From NCBI RefSeq assembly GCF_009914755.1, contig NC_060929.1: 64,000 nucleotides of DNA; one strand, written 5' to 3'. The first letter of the stretch is position 1; every line of letters starts with the position of its first letter. Of this stretch, positions 1 to 14,129 are shown piece after piece. A program made the position numbers and the translations under genes. A model generated the notes under the pieces. That model was not told the DNA's origin and did no database searches. It saw only the letters and a list, made by a program, of their open reading frames with translations. Source of the DNA: the human T2T-CHM13v2.0 reference genome, Homo sapiens.

Positions 1-1761
1 AGCTTTTGTTTATCCAGGTATCTACGTAGCATAGATGATAAAACCAACAATGAATCTCTTTGTCCTGGAAACTAAACCGGAAATCTCAAAACTATGTTTT
101 CAGTGTTTCTTGGCTTTCATTCTGTTAGAAATCCTGCCACATTTCAGTATTTTTATTCTTGACTTGAATGAAATCAGAAAGCAGAGAGGCACTTGAGAAT
201 TCTGTTTTTAAATAAAAGTAAATATTTCCATGTGAGTTTAGGTCTCTATTTCGTATTTTTGCGACCCAATTACAGAGATTAAATGTTCCACAGATGTCAT
301 ATTTCTTCATGGCATGAGTTTATTGAACCAAGATCAGGTTAATTTTAATAGGAATGTTAATATGTGTCTGCAAGGTGTTTAATAAGCATTTCATAGTACA
401 CTTTTAAATGCTTGGTCAAGAATTGTGCAAACAGTAGTCTTTGGGTTTTACTTTTTATTTTTCATGGTGACTGCTGAGAACTTGGGTGTATTAACTTACC
501 TATTTAGGCACCTGGGTCAAAGCTTACTCTAGCTTATTTCTCTTTATTTGGGTGCAAGCTATGTAGATGGCAACCCCAGATACTTCCGAACTGACTTTAT
601 CATTCAGCAAATGAATTATTCCATAGGAAGTTAAACCTTTTCTAAAACATAGTTCAAATCAAAAAGGCCTGACTAATTCTAAGAGACTAACTTTGGAATA
701 GAGGATAGTCTGTCTTGAATTTATTTTCCTATGGATATCTTACTGGGTTACATATTTGTGGCTGGATCTGACTTCTAATAGTAACATCACCACTGAAGGA
801 TTATGAGTCACTCTGTCCCCTGGATCTACATTGCAGAAGAGTTGCTTGGCTGTTCCAACTGATGACTGAGGGAGGGTCTCTATCTGTCAAAGGGTAAAGG
901 CAGGATGATTAAACACTGACACAGTCATCTACATGACCTTAAGCATATTTTAAAATTTTATCTGTTCTTGACTTTTTCTCTTCTGTGTTTCCTTATTGGT
1001 TAAAGCTTGCAGACTAATTTACTTACCAGAGTAGAATTTGCCATTTAAAACAGTGATCGCCATTGTGTCTTTGTTTCATGGTGGGATAAGTAAGGATTAA
1101 TACTTCTATTATTATAATGTGACCTGTAGTGGCTAGAGAGGAACTAGCTGGCCATGGTGTCATTATTATTATACCACTTTTTATTTTTCCTTAATCTCTT
1201 TCACTGAAAATGGCAGAAACTCCTTAATTTTAAAATCAATCATCTGGACTCAGGAAAAGGCACAGAAGTGGTATTTGCCTGTGACTTTGGTAATGCTGCC
1301 ACCAGTAAACTGTCTCTCAGAGAGAGCCATTGTATGGATTAACCACTGTATGGAATCTAGTTTAACATTTTAAGATTACCCAAAAGTTACCAACAAGCAA
1401 AAATAATCTTTGGATACTGTCTATTCCCTGCCCACAATTCTACCTGCTGGTATGCTGGTGTCAAAATAAGAATATCTCCGTGTAATATTTTATCAACTTG
1501 GTGCTGAAAGGGTGAATTAAGCAGAAACAGAAAGAAATAAACAAATCCAAACTTGGAAAGAGAATGGCTTTGATTCTCACACTCATTCTAATCTATGGAG
1601 GTCTCAAGTGTAGTACACACATGTCCCATCTGTTTTAGGCAAAGCACTAACTCTTCCCTAACAAAAACTGTGAACTCCCTCCAGGTCCACACACATAGCT
1701 ACACAATGTGTTCTGTTTAATCATGTCTAAGGAACTGGGGAAGTAAACCACAGTTACCCTA

Positions 1762-2119
<358 letters not shown>

Positions 2120-3344
2120 TCAAGTGGACTTGGTGGCGCGTGGCCCAAGAGGGAGTTCACAATTTCTGTTAGGGAAGAGAAATACCACATGACAGGGAGA
2201 TTACCTTAAAATGGAGTTTCCTTTTACTAAAAGTTAGTGATATCAGACAGACAAAGAGAATTTGGTTCAATTTTGACTTTGAAAACTTTGTTACAAAAAG
2301 AAATACAGCACTGTCTCCAAAATGCCTAATACTGTATTAGTTGGTCACAAGGCTGGGCAGGCTTCCTGGCCAAACTCAACAAAGGAACACTAAAGGAAAG
2401 TAATTCAATGACAGGCCATGTATAATAGTTTCAGAATGCAAAAAGAACAAACATGAGTTATGACTAAACATTGTAGACTTAGGCAAAAATGTTTAGTTTC
2501 GTTGTAGTAAAAGATTTCCGGATGTTAATTCAACCCAATGTATCTGCTGAAACTGATTAGAGAGGATGGTAGTTGTAGTTGCAGAATCCGGAATTCCACA
2601 GCACTGACTGTACAATGTCAATTCCATTTCTGCGAAACCAAACTGCTATTATCTAATTTCTCTCCTATTACTTTTGACTCTTGATGACAAATATGCAAGG
2701 AACGGTGCCAAAATCCAGTTGGCACTTCATTATCTAAACTTGTTCCATGATGCCTAAGTTTTAAAATATTTGATTTTATTATAGTAAAAAATAAAAATTG
2801 TGACTAAAACTCATGGGAATGTTAGGATAACATGGAAATTGGTAAACCGAGAGCTAAAAATATTACTAATGGTCTTATTTTCTGCCTATGCTACTAATGC
2901 AATGAATGTTAGGAAAGTTGTTCAATCTTTCTTACATTTTTTTCTGTGGTTAAGCAAAAGTAATGTTTACCTGAAAGTTTGCTTACAGCTAAAAAATTTG
3001 AGAACTAAAGATATTTCCAAGTCTATCATACAGTTGCACATAACTAATAAAAGGGACTTTAAAAAATGAGTAATTTAATGTATAGATATAAAAACAGTGA
3101 ATACATTATTAAGCTTTTACATATATTTCCAATTTTTCACTTAATCAATGACCAATCTACACATATGAGCAAATGCACAGTTACACAAAAAAACACTGAA
3201 ATAGACACAATCACACACTCCAATCACCAACTCTATGTCTAGTCTTGTTCCTCTCTCTACTCACTCCTGTGGTTTCTAGAACCAAGACCGGACTGGAACA
3301 GCACACGGAAAGAAACCATAAATTGTCAATAGAACATTTTAAGA

Positions 3345-3690
3345 CTTTTTTTTTCAGCTTTTTACTACAGAACATTTTAAATGCATAAAATGGTAGACAG
3401 AACTGATAACAAACTATTCCCAGAACCTAGCTTCAACAATTATCAACTAAGGGTTAAACTTATTTGATCCATATTCCCATCTACTTCTCCTTTCCATATT
3501 CTTTCAAAGCATATCTCAGATATCATAGTATTGTATCCACAAATGTTTCACAATATATCTCCGTAAAATAATTACTCTTTTAAAAAATAGCCAAAAACTC
3601 ATTATATCAACTTAAGCAATTAAAAATGATTCTATGATAACAAATAGCCCACCCATGTTCAAAATGTCTAACTGTCTCTTTTTTTAACAG
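3345..3690 (-). mobile_element. Old L1M (L1MC/ME-type) 3'-end fragment
   Basis: T-rich start followed by cctagcttcaacaattatcaac and other motifs typical of antisense L1MC/ME 3' UTRs. Confidence 0.55.
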
Positions 3691-6239
3691 TTGGTGTCAG
3701 TCTTTTTGAAAAACCTTTAGGGAATATTTAGCCATCTTCCTTTCCGTAGCTTGTGTACTCATATGAAAATTAGCATGGACACAATATGACTTGGATCACA
3801 GAAGAAAGCTCAGTGTGAATATGTGGTCTCTCTCCATTTTAAATGATGTAATTCTTGGTCGAAGGCTCACAACTATTAGTTGTTTAGGGAAAAAAGAAAT
3901 CAAATAGTGCACATTAGTTTCTAAAAGAAGTCAGGGAAAATCCAACAAGTTTTGTAGAAAAGAGAATCTTCAAGCCAAAGAGTAATAGATGTTTGAGAAT
4001 GCAGAGCTTCACTGAAGCTGTCTTTCCCCAAAGGAGTGCAGAGAACACAAAGGAACCTTGCAGTTAAGAAGGAAGCACTGCTAGTTAAGGGCACATGCTC
4101 CTCCCACAGCTCACGCATCAGCCAACTTTCTTCTGCAAATGTCATATCTCTCTCCAACAGCAAACCAAAGTTTCCAAAGTGAATTTCAAAGTATTAGAAT
4201 TTACAACTGATTTTAAGCACTTCAATTTGGAAGCAGATTTTAAATCCCAAATCGGAGATGTGTCTTGGATCTTGGCTTGCCTCCCTCTGTAGGTAGGGAT
4301 ATATAAACTACTTTCTTGAGCTATTAGTTATTAAGCATAAAAATATATATTATTAATAAGTGTTTATAAGCATTAATATCCTGCATATAATAAAAACCAG
4401 TCACTTCCTTTTTATTGCCCAGAATTTGAGACTGTGTACTGCTTGAAAAATTTTGTATAGAAGGAACAATGAAGGTCTGCTGCCCTGGGAACAGCGAGTG
4501 TAGCATCCCATTCCAACATGTGGGGACTTTCCTGTCTGCTTTGGATGGTGGGGAGTTTCTTTCAGACTGGAAGGAATAAAAACTGTGAAAGGTTCATCAA
4601 TATAGCTGCAAGAGAAGGAAATATCCTCTATTTATTCATGTTCAACAGGAGTGGGGATAACTTAAAATAAATGACATATCAATAATAAAACCATTAACAG
4701 AAGAACAAAGTAACATAATTGTAAAGGAGATAGATGTACTATCATAGAACATAAGAGATGGAAAGTGTCTGCAACTAAACATAGCATATAGGTCTGTTTC
4801 CCTAAAATCAGGAAAAGGAGATTTATTTTTCTTATCAATACTTATAAAAATGTAGAAGTCTTTGGAATATCTCCAAATAGTTTTTAGCTTTGAATAATTA
4901 GAAAAGCTTGGCATAATTGATGAATGTATGTTTATCTGTTCTAAACCTGAATTCCAAGTTAATTAGTCAAATCTTACTCCTTTTCTTCAAGAACACTAGG
5001 AATTTCTTGGTTTTATTAATATCCCTATACATCTGACCTTTGTTATTATAATAGGATATATATTCTTATGGCTTGCATGCAAAGTGTTCTCAATTGCTCT
5101 TAGGTCATATTGCCAGTTACAAGAATTACTAATTATACAGATTTGGATGTGGACTTAGGACGGCTTATGATCCTTGGGAGATGCTTCAGAACACTCTTTT
5201 GGGTCATTTAAACCAAAACAAATCAATAATGATGACCAGCCAAATGAAGCAAATAATTGATCCATTTCATTCCTTCTCTTGGCTATAGTAGTCCAGGTCA
5301 TTTTCATTTTCAGGTAATAAGACTAACAAACTCATCATCATTTTTTAATCTATTCAGAAATATTTTTTAAATGTAAACATATGACAGTGGATCAAAATAT
5401 AGTCAGTAGGGGGAAGTGTCCTCATGAATTCGTGAATTATGTGCTAATTTCTTTCCCTCGTGTTGTTCTAAAAACGTGAGTACATTAATAACAATATGTA
5501 AGTAAAATTTCTTAGGGTTGCATAAAAAAAAACCTAATTAAGCTCATTAAAAATAAATAAATAAGTAAATACTAAATAAATAAATAAGGAGGGTGCAAGG
5601 GGGGAAATCAGAACATTTTGTTAGGAAACGTCCTAGAAATGTTCAGCTGAGTTAGATGGGACTGGCTCTCCTGACTTCAGAGGATGAACCAGTACCTCTC
5701 TCCCTTCCCTTCTTTATTGGTCTTCAGGTTTCTTGTTTCTACTTCTTTTCAGCACCTGTTCCATTCTTTTCTCGGCTGAGTGGCTTAATCTATAAGATTC
5801 TTGAATGCTTCTCCTCCATTATCTGAGCTTATGGGTAGATTTGTCCTGCTATGTCACATATTCAGGGCCCAATTCTCTTTGACTCCCAGCTCCCTGCCAT
5901 TGACTGGATTACACAGGATTCTAGGACTTCTTGGGTGTCATCATTCCTACATTTATTTACTAAGGGAGTAAACGTTTTGGGAGAACTCTCATAGGCCAAT
6001 ATGCAATAGAGGCTAGAGATTTAGAAATTATCAAGATGGTTCTCCTGGAAGAGAAAATGGGCCAGTGATTAAGATCCAAATGATTTGAGTGTGTGGTAGT
6101 TTTAGTAAGTGTGGGAGCACTGAGTCAGGGGCTTTGAAAGCCTGGAGATATCAAAAAATATTTTCCGTTTCTCTCGTATGCCCTACTGTTGCCTGTACAG
6201 AGATGTGGAAATTGCTCATCATTCGTTTACGTATCTATT

Positions 6240-6690
6240 GCTCATTGACTAAAAGCTCCTCCAGAGTAGGGTGCATGTTTTACTCATCTTTGTCCCCGGT
6301 AACAATAATCTTTGATGACTAAATAACATATGAAATGATGCTTGAACTGAGATATCAAATGCAAACAGGAAATGGGTTAAAAAATAAAAAGAAGGAGGTG
6401 GCATCTTGCAACTGCAGGTAACCAGGTTTCAGAGACATGACAGGCTGCTGTACATTCAAGGAATTGCAAGCAATTCAGAGAGGCTGGGACTTCCAGGTTC
6501 ATGGGGAATGGAGGAAAATGGGGCTGGGATGTTGACCAGGTTTGCAAGCTTCATGAACAAGTTTTGACTTCATGAACAAGTTTTGACCAAAGGCAATGGG
6601 AAGCTGTTAAAAATTTTAAGCAATACTCATCAGATCGGAAGTACGTCTTCTAAAGTACATTCTAATAGTCACGTGCTGATGGATTGTAGT
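6240..6690. mobile_element. Degenerate L2 fragments
   Basis: L2-like motifs (aagctcctccagagtaggg; ggcaatgggaagctgttaaaaattttaagca); both orientations appear present. Confidence 0.45.
6549..6586. repeat. 19-bp perfect tandem microduplication
   Basis: cttcatgaacaagttttga x2. Confidence 0.95.
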
Positions 6691-6954
6691 GATACAGCTC
6701 CATCTCAGGGAAAGACTTCAGGGACTCTTGGGAATACAAGTAAAAATGGACCAATCAAGTCACTTCTGACCCAGACCACAGCCCCATCCTTGGGCACAAC
6801 TTAGTACAGCTCCAATGGTGAAAACCCCTTCAGAGTGACATAGGCCACTTGCTGCGAATTCCTATTTCTTAAGAACCAGCATCTGCATCAGAATACCACA
6901 ATTTTATTTTCTCACAAGCTTCTTGATCTGTCCTCACAAAAACATTTAGATTTC

Positions 6955-7251
6955 TTTTTTTTTTTTTTTTGAGATGTAGTTTCACTCTTGTTGTCCAGGC
7001 TGGAGTCAATGGTGCGATCTCACCTCACTGCAATCTCTGCCTCCCAGGTTCAAGCAATTCTCCTGCCTCAGCCTCCTGAGTAGCTGGAATTACAGGCATG
7101 CACCACCACACCCAGTTAATTTTGTATTTTTGGTAGAGACGAGGTTTCTCCATGTTGGTCAGATTGGTCTCAAACTCCCGAATTCAGGTGATCCGCCCAC
7201 CTTGGCCTCCCAAAGTACTGGGATTACAGGTGTGAGGCACTGCGCCCAGCC
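6955..7251 (-). mobile_element. Alu SINE (AluSp/Sq-like)
   Basis: Poly-T followed by antisense Alu ending cgcccagcc; 13-bp TSD aacatttagattt on both sides. Confidence 0.97.
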
Positions 7252-10046
7252 AACATTTAGATTTTAATTAATTAAATTTTCCTTCCAACGTAGTATTTTT
7301 CTAAGAGCCTACTCCATTGAGGTCTTGGAAGACCAGGCCATTTAGCCTCCACTCCTGGAAAGGCCTTGCTCTTTCTATTCCCACTTTCCTTGAGGCACAA
7401 AAGCAAACACATATGGACAAGGAGAGCAAAACTAGTAATGTTCACTGGAGTGTGTGAAACTGTTAGGGTAGTCATCACTGCATGAAATATGGCCTTTCCC
7501 ATCCAAGTTTCCACTCCAATAGAGAAATGAGGTTGGATTGTAGTTTACATTGTCCTTCACTTGGTGCAGTTTTCTCCATTCTGACATTTTTATAAATTTA
7601 AAACAAAGAATCTTTGGGCTTTCCTGATACTGACACCAAATTCTGCCTGTAATTATGTCCACATTCACCAACTAAGTCACTGTTCTCTATATGAGTAAGT
7701 CACCAGCTATAACTATATTGAGGAAAGAACCCCCAATCTAGCATCATACCCAGCCCTACCAGGCCTGTGTAAGCTTGAATACTTCTTGATGTAGCCCTCA
7801 GCCTCAGCTTTCTCATTTGTAAAAAGAAAAAGGAGGATAGATGTTAATTCTAAATGATGGCCTTTAGCAACCCTTCTGACTCTTCGATGCTTTGATAAAT
7901 GCCCAAATGAAACCTGAGATACAAAATAGCACATGCCATTGCATGTGAGCAAAAGAGATTTCAACGTTCATCAAAGTATCCTCCTCACCATCCTCAAGGT
8001 TTATCTTAGGTTCAGAAAGGCTACAGACTCATCAGAAGGCAAACCACAATAACAAAAGAAAGTTCTCCTAAAAACCGGTATGCCATTGTTTCCTTTTTAG
8101 TTAAAGTAATGGGGCAGAAATATTTTTCTCTTTTCATTGTCTTTATTTACATTTGCTTTGTTCTACATTTTCTATTTTTAAATAGATAATACAAACTCCA
8201 AAAGGTTGTTCAGTGAAATTAATGTAAATCACCCTTCCTTCTTTCTCCCTCCCTTTACCCTAGCCACCCAGTTTATCTCCCCTGAGGCCACCACTGTTCC
8301 TTGTCAGAATTACTTTTGCTACTAGATATCATCAGAACTATTTTTTATTAATGCAAAAATAATTCCTAGTTGCATTAACATTGCCTTCATTTAAGCAGGT
8401 GATTATAGTAAACATATAAGGCATGTGGGCCTATTTGTTTGCTCTAGCTCCTGCTTAACTATTTCCTTTGGCTTGAGTGCCTTGAGGTAAATCTAAGGTC
8501 AACGTCTAGCTGAGTCAATGTACAATGGTGACACAGCAACACATTTAAGACATCTGGTAAGCAGGGAAGCCAGGCAGAAAGAGTTAAGAATGGAAATTTC
8601 AAAATCATTCTTCACTCTACCCACAGTTCTTTAGAATGAGAGGCACCTGCTTGAAATACATGAACTTTAATAAGAGCCTCTGACTCAGAAAGTTCTACCT
8701 CCCTAAAGAACTTGGGGGACCCAAGTGTAAGTCTGTAGAAATCACTCGGAACCTTCCAATGAAGAAATTGACTTTAAGGGAAGCTCAGTTAGTTTTTACC
8801 GGTTTGCAAGAACTCTGTGGACCACAATTTAATGTTAAACACAGCACAAAAAAAGACTGTTCTGTCTTAGCAGAGACCAATCAAGAGCCAAAGCCTATGG
8901 AGGACCAATCAACAGCAAGGGAGGTGCAGGAATTCCAGCAGAAAGGACAATAAAACTGGCTTACATAATTTAAAGAGAGTGTGTTGCATCCCTTAGCACC
9001 TACTCACTAACAGTGTTAATGACATCCCTTCAGGGAAAGAATTTTCTACCTAAGAAGAAACATAAAAATTGAACTTTACAGATGAAGCCAAAGATGACAC
9101 AATGTAATGCAAGGAAACAAGCCTTCAAAAGCTTGCATTGTTAATATTTTGGCATTGTTTTTCTGATGGGCTGAAACACATTATGAATAAAACAAGTCTA
9201 GATGATGCAAGAGAATGCAACTGATCAAACGCAAATTTCAAGTCTTGTTTGTTTCCATTACATCCACAGTGCCAGTTTTAGAGGTTACTTTTCAGTCTTT
9301 ATTAGGGCAACCTGAAGACATTAGACTTCCTATTGCAGTGGTTTATAACAAAACCTCTTCTAATGGATATTAGCATTAGATATTAAAGAGAAGATAATAA
9401 GAAAACATGAGATTTAATTATGAGATCCAAAGATGTTTGCATAATTTAAGTTTTATTGACTCCAAGTGTTGAACTGAATAACATTTGATATGATCCAAAC
9501 ACAAACAACCTAACCAGTGCATTGCAGATCATCAACATCAAGTTATCTTGTTCTTTAACGAGTTCTCCAAGTTCTCTAAGGAGCTGATATATTTTTCCTA
9601 TTCTCTTTTCCCTAATTATGTTTCCCCAGGGTTGTTCTCATGCACAAGAATCATGCGGAAAGAATCTTCCTAGCTTTCCCTCCCACGAGAATTATGTACA
9701 CTTGACTTGGCACAGAACAGACCTGAAGTAAAACCCTGACATGGCCCTAACACCTTTGAAATTTAGAAGCTTTAAGATATACTAACCTGAGTTACTAAAG
9801 ATCCTAAAGAAATTTAGCTCAATTGAGCCCTATTGATAGATGTAATAATTGTTGGCTCTTCTAAACATTGAGCCATTATTTCTAGAAAGTTATTTTGAAC
9901 TTTGCAATTTTTTTTGTTAAATGATTTATAGAGGTCAACTTAATTAACCTCTAGACTGGCTTCATTGATGTACACAATCTTTAGTCCAGGAGAACTTAAA
10001 TGTGAATACCATTATAGATAAGTGGCTTAAAAATTTTTCTACCATG

Positions 10047-11360
10047 TTACTGGTACAAAAACAGACACATAGACCAATAGAACAGAATAGAGATATCAGA
10101 AATAAGACCTCACATCTACAACCATCTGATCTTCAACAAACTTGACAAAAACAAGCAATGGGGAAAGGATTCCCTATTTACTAAATGGTGACGGGAAAAC
10201 TGGCTAGCTATATGCGGAAGATCAAAACTGGACCCCTTCCTTACACCTTTTACAAAAATTAACTCAAGATGAATTAAAGACTTAAATATAAAATCCAAAA
10301 CTATAAAAATCCTAGAAGAAAATTTAGACAATACCATTCAGGACATAGGCACGGGCAAAGATTTCAACAGAAAAACAAAAACAAAAACAAAAGCCAAAAT
10401 TGGCAAATGGGATCTAATTAAACTAAAGAGCTTCTGCACAGCAAAAGAAACTATCATCAGAGTGAACAGACAACCTAAGAATGGAGAAAAATGTTGCAAT
10501 CTATTCATCTGACATAGATTTAATATCCAGAAGGAACTTAAACAAGTTTACAAGAAAAAAACAAACAACCCCATTAAAAAGCGGGCAAAGTACATGAACA
10601 GACACTTCTCAAAAGAAGACATTATGCAGCCAACAAACATATGAATAAAAGCTCAACATCACTGATCATTAGAAAAATGCATATCAAAACCACAATGAGA
10701 TACAGTCTCACGCCAGTCAGAATGGCAATTGTTAAAACGTCAACAAACAACAGATGCTGGCAAGGCTGTGGAGAAATAGGAACACTTTTACACTGTTGGT
10801 GGGCATGTAATTTAGTTCAATCATTATGTAAGACAGTGTGGTGATTCCTCAAAGACCTAGAATCAGAAATACCATTTGACTCAGCAATCCCATTGCTGGG
10901 TATATACCCAAAGGAATACAAATCTTTCTATTATAAAAATACATGCATGCACCGTTCACAATAGCAAAGACATGGAATCAACCCAAACGCCCATCAATGA
11001 TAGACTGGATAAAGAAAATGTGGTACATATACACCATGGAATACTATGAAGTAATAAAAAGGAATAAGAGCTTGTCCTTTGCAGAAACATGGATGCAGCT
11101 GAAAGCCATTATCCTCAGCAACGTTACACAGGAACAGAAAACCAAACACCACATGTTCTCACTTCTAAGTGGGAGCTGAACATGGACACAGTGAGGGGAA
11201 CAATGCACACTGAGGCCTCTCAGGGGAGAGGTGGGAGGGAGAGCATCAGGATAAATAGCTAACGCATGTGGGGCTTAATATCTAGGTGATGGGTTGTAAC
11301 AAACCTGCACATCCTGTATGTACATACCAGGACTTAAAATTAAATTAAATTAAAATTTAA
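10047..11360 (+). mobile_element. 5'-truncated L1PA (older primate subfamily, about L1PA11-13): ORF2 C-terminus plus 3' UTR
   Basis: ORF2 peptides ([16 protein letters not shown]; TWNQPKRPSMIDWIKKMWYIYTMEYY); L1PA 3' UTR and A tail; TSD aaaaat(t)ttctaccatg at 10029-10046 and about 11361-11376. Confidence 0.95.
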
Positions 11361-11570
11361 AAAAAATTCTACCATGACCAAGAGTAAGAAATATAATTTA
11401 TACAATCACCAAGATACATAGACATATATGTATACATATATTTATATATTTATATGCTCACATACTTATATATCTAAAACAAAATTGCACAAAATTGGAC
11501 TTTTATTTGAAAAGAGAAATGTATATTTTCTCATATACATATATATATATATAATATATATATATATATG

Positions 11571-12200
11571 CAGTCAACTCTCATTATTCATGGTAGTTAT
11601 TTTCTATAAAGTCACCATGAACACTGAATTAGCTAAACCATTGCTCAAACAGGAAATACAGGGTTAGATTCCTCTGAATTTCAGGTACAATGTTTTCCTC
11701 AACTGATCAATACATATTCTTGTTTTGTGTGTGTTTCTGTTTCAAGACATCTAATTTAATATATGTTGTTGATTCATTAACATTGAACTCACAGCTAACA
11801 GCATTATGGCTCATGCCTGAACAAAGTTTATCAAATACATTTTCTCCATAAGGTACATGACAGCCTTCTTGCACTTAGGAATGTTAGAAACACTTCAACA
11901 CTACATTTTAAACAGTGAAATTACCAACAAAATGTGCAAAAATGCACAAAAACATGACACTAAATGGATTGTAAAAAGGACATTTATTTACAGTATGAGA
12001 GCTGAAACAAGAAGGTAGAGCATCACCTTGCTTGTCCTCAGCTGGAAAAATGTGAGTTGAGCAACTCAAATTTTTCTGTGCTCTGTGTATACCTGCAAAT
12101 GACTGTAAAAGCAGCATTAATATTGACTTTGGAGTTACAAATACATTTTTGTAAGTAGACAAATTTGCAAGTATTGAATCCACAAATGAGGACCAACTAT
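11571..12200 (-). mobile_element. MER82 (TcMar-Tigger) non-autonomous DNA transposon, near full length
   Basis: Termini cagtcaactctcattattc ... gaatccacaaatgaggaccaact form degenerate TIRs; internal tgagagctgaaacaagaagg matches antisense MER82. Confidence 0.85.
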
Positions 12201-12283
12201 AAACATATGTGTGTGTGTGTATAAGTGTGTGTATACCATTGTTTAAGCTTGCATGCAAAATTAGCAAAATATAAAAACATGCA

Positions 12284-14129
12284 AACATTGAACCAAAGAG
12301 GTAAAAGTTTCCTATGAGGGAAACTAAAAAACACTGATTAAAGAAATTGTAGATAACACAAACAAATGGAAAAACACCTCATGCACATGGATTGGAAGGA
12401 ACATTCATTAAAATGAACATACTGCCCAAGGAAATCTACAGATTCAATGCAATTCCTATCAAAATATCAATGTCATTTTTCATAGAATTAGAAAAAGCAA
12501 TCCTAAAATTCATATAGAACCAAAAAAGAGACCAAATAGCCCAAGCAGTCCTAAGCAAAAAGAACAAAGCTGGAATCATCACATTACCTGACTTTAAATT
12601 ATGCTACAAGACTATAGTAATCAAAACAGCATAGTACTAGTATAAAAATAGACACATAGATCAATGGATCAGAATGAAGAACTCAGAAATAAAGCCACAT
12701 ACCTATAGCCAGCTGATCTTCAACAAAGTCAACAAAAACATACACTGGAGAAAGGCCATCCTGTTCAATAAATGGGGCTGGAAAAATTGGATAGCCACAT
12801 GCAGAAAAATAAAACTGGACCTTTCCTGCTAGTGAAGTTTCTTAAAAAATAAAAATAAAAAAAGAGAAAAAAAGAAACTAGATCTATATCTCTCACCATA
12901 TTAAAAAAATTAACTCCAGATGGATTAAAGACTTAAATGTATAACCTGAAACTTATAAAGTACAAATTCTAAATAAAATAAATAAATAAATAAATAAAGA
13001 TTCTAGAAGAAAACGTAGAAAAAACTCTTCTAGACATTGGCCTAGACAAAGAATTCATGACTAAAACCTCAGAAGCAAATGCATCAAAAATACAAAGTAG
13101 ACAAATGGGACTTAATTAAACTAAAAAATTTCTACATGGCAAGAGAAATAATCAACAGGATGAACAGACAACCTACAGGATTGAGAAATTATTTGCAAAC
13201 TGCGCATCTGACAAAGGCCTAATATCCACCAGAATCTACAAGGAACTCAAACAACTCAATAAGAAAAAAGCAAATAACCTCATTAAAAAGTGGGCAAATT
13301 ATATGAAGATATATTTCATAAGAAGACACACAAATAGCCAACAAGCACTTGACAGAACATTCAACATCAGTAATCATCACAGAAGTGCAAATTGAAACCA
13401 CAAAGAGATACCATCTTACACCAGTCAGAATGGCTATCATTAGAAAGTCTAAAAATAACAGATGTTGGCAAGAATGCGGAGAAACAGGAACACCTATACG
13501 CTGTTGTTGGGAATAAATTAGTACAACCTCTATGGAATACAGTATGGAGATTTCTTGAAGAACTAAACATAGAACTATCATTCCACCCAGCAATCCCACT
13601 ACTGTGTATCCACCCAAAGGAAATCAAATCATTAAATGAAAAAGACATCTGTACTCGGATATTTATCACAGCACTATTCACAATAGCAGAGTCATGGAGA
13701 CAATCTAGATGCCCATCAGTGGATGATTAAACAAAGGAAATGTGGTATGGAAATACTGTAGCACACTACTTAGTCATAAAAAAAAGAATGAAATCATGTT
13801 TTTTGCAGCAACATGAATGAAACAGGAGGCCATTATCTTAAGTGAAATAACTCAGAAACAGAAACTCAAGTACCTCATGTTCTCCCTTATAAGTGGGGGC
13901 TAAATAATGTGTACACATGGATACAGAAAGTGGAATAACAGACAATGGAGACTCAGAAAGGCCGGAGGGTGGGAGGAGTGTGAGGGATGACAAATTACTT
14001 AATGGCTACAATGCACACTATTCAGGTGATGGTTACACTAAAAGCCCAGACTTCACTGCTACACAATATAACTGTGTAACCAAACTGCACTTGCACCCCT
14101 TAAATCTACAAAAATAAATAAATACATAA
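12284..14129 (+). mobile_element. 5'-truncated L1PB (PB3/PB4-like): ORF2 3' half plus 3' UTR
   Basis: L1 ORF2 homology throughout; PB-type 3' end (acactaaaagcccagacttcac); perfect 13-bp TSD ataaaaacatgca at 12271-12283 and 14130-14142. Confidence 0.93.

Noticed and set aside
10116-14117. L1-derived ORFs as an active LINE
   Set aside because: 5'-truncated fragments broken by stops and frameshifts
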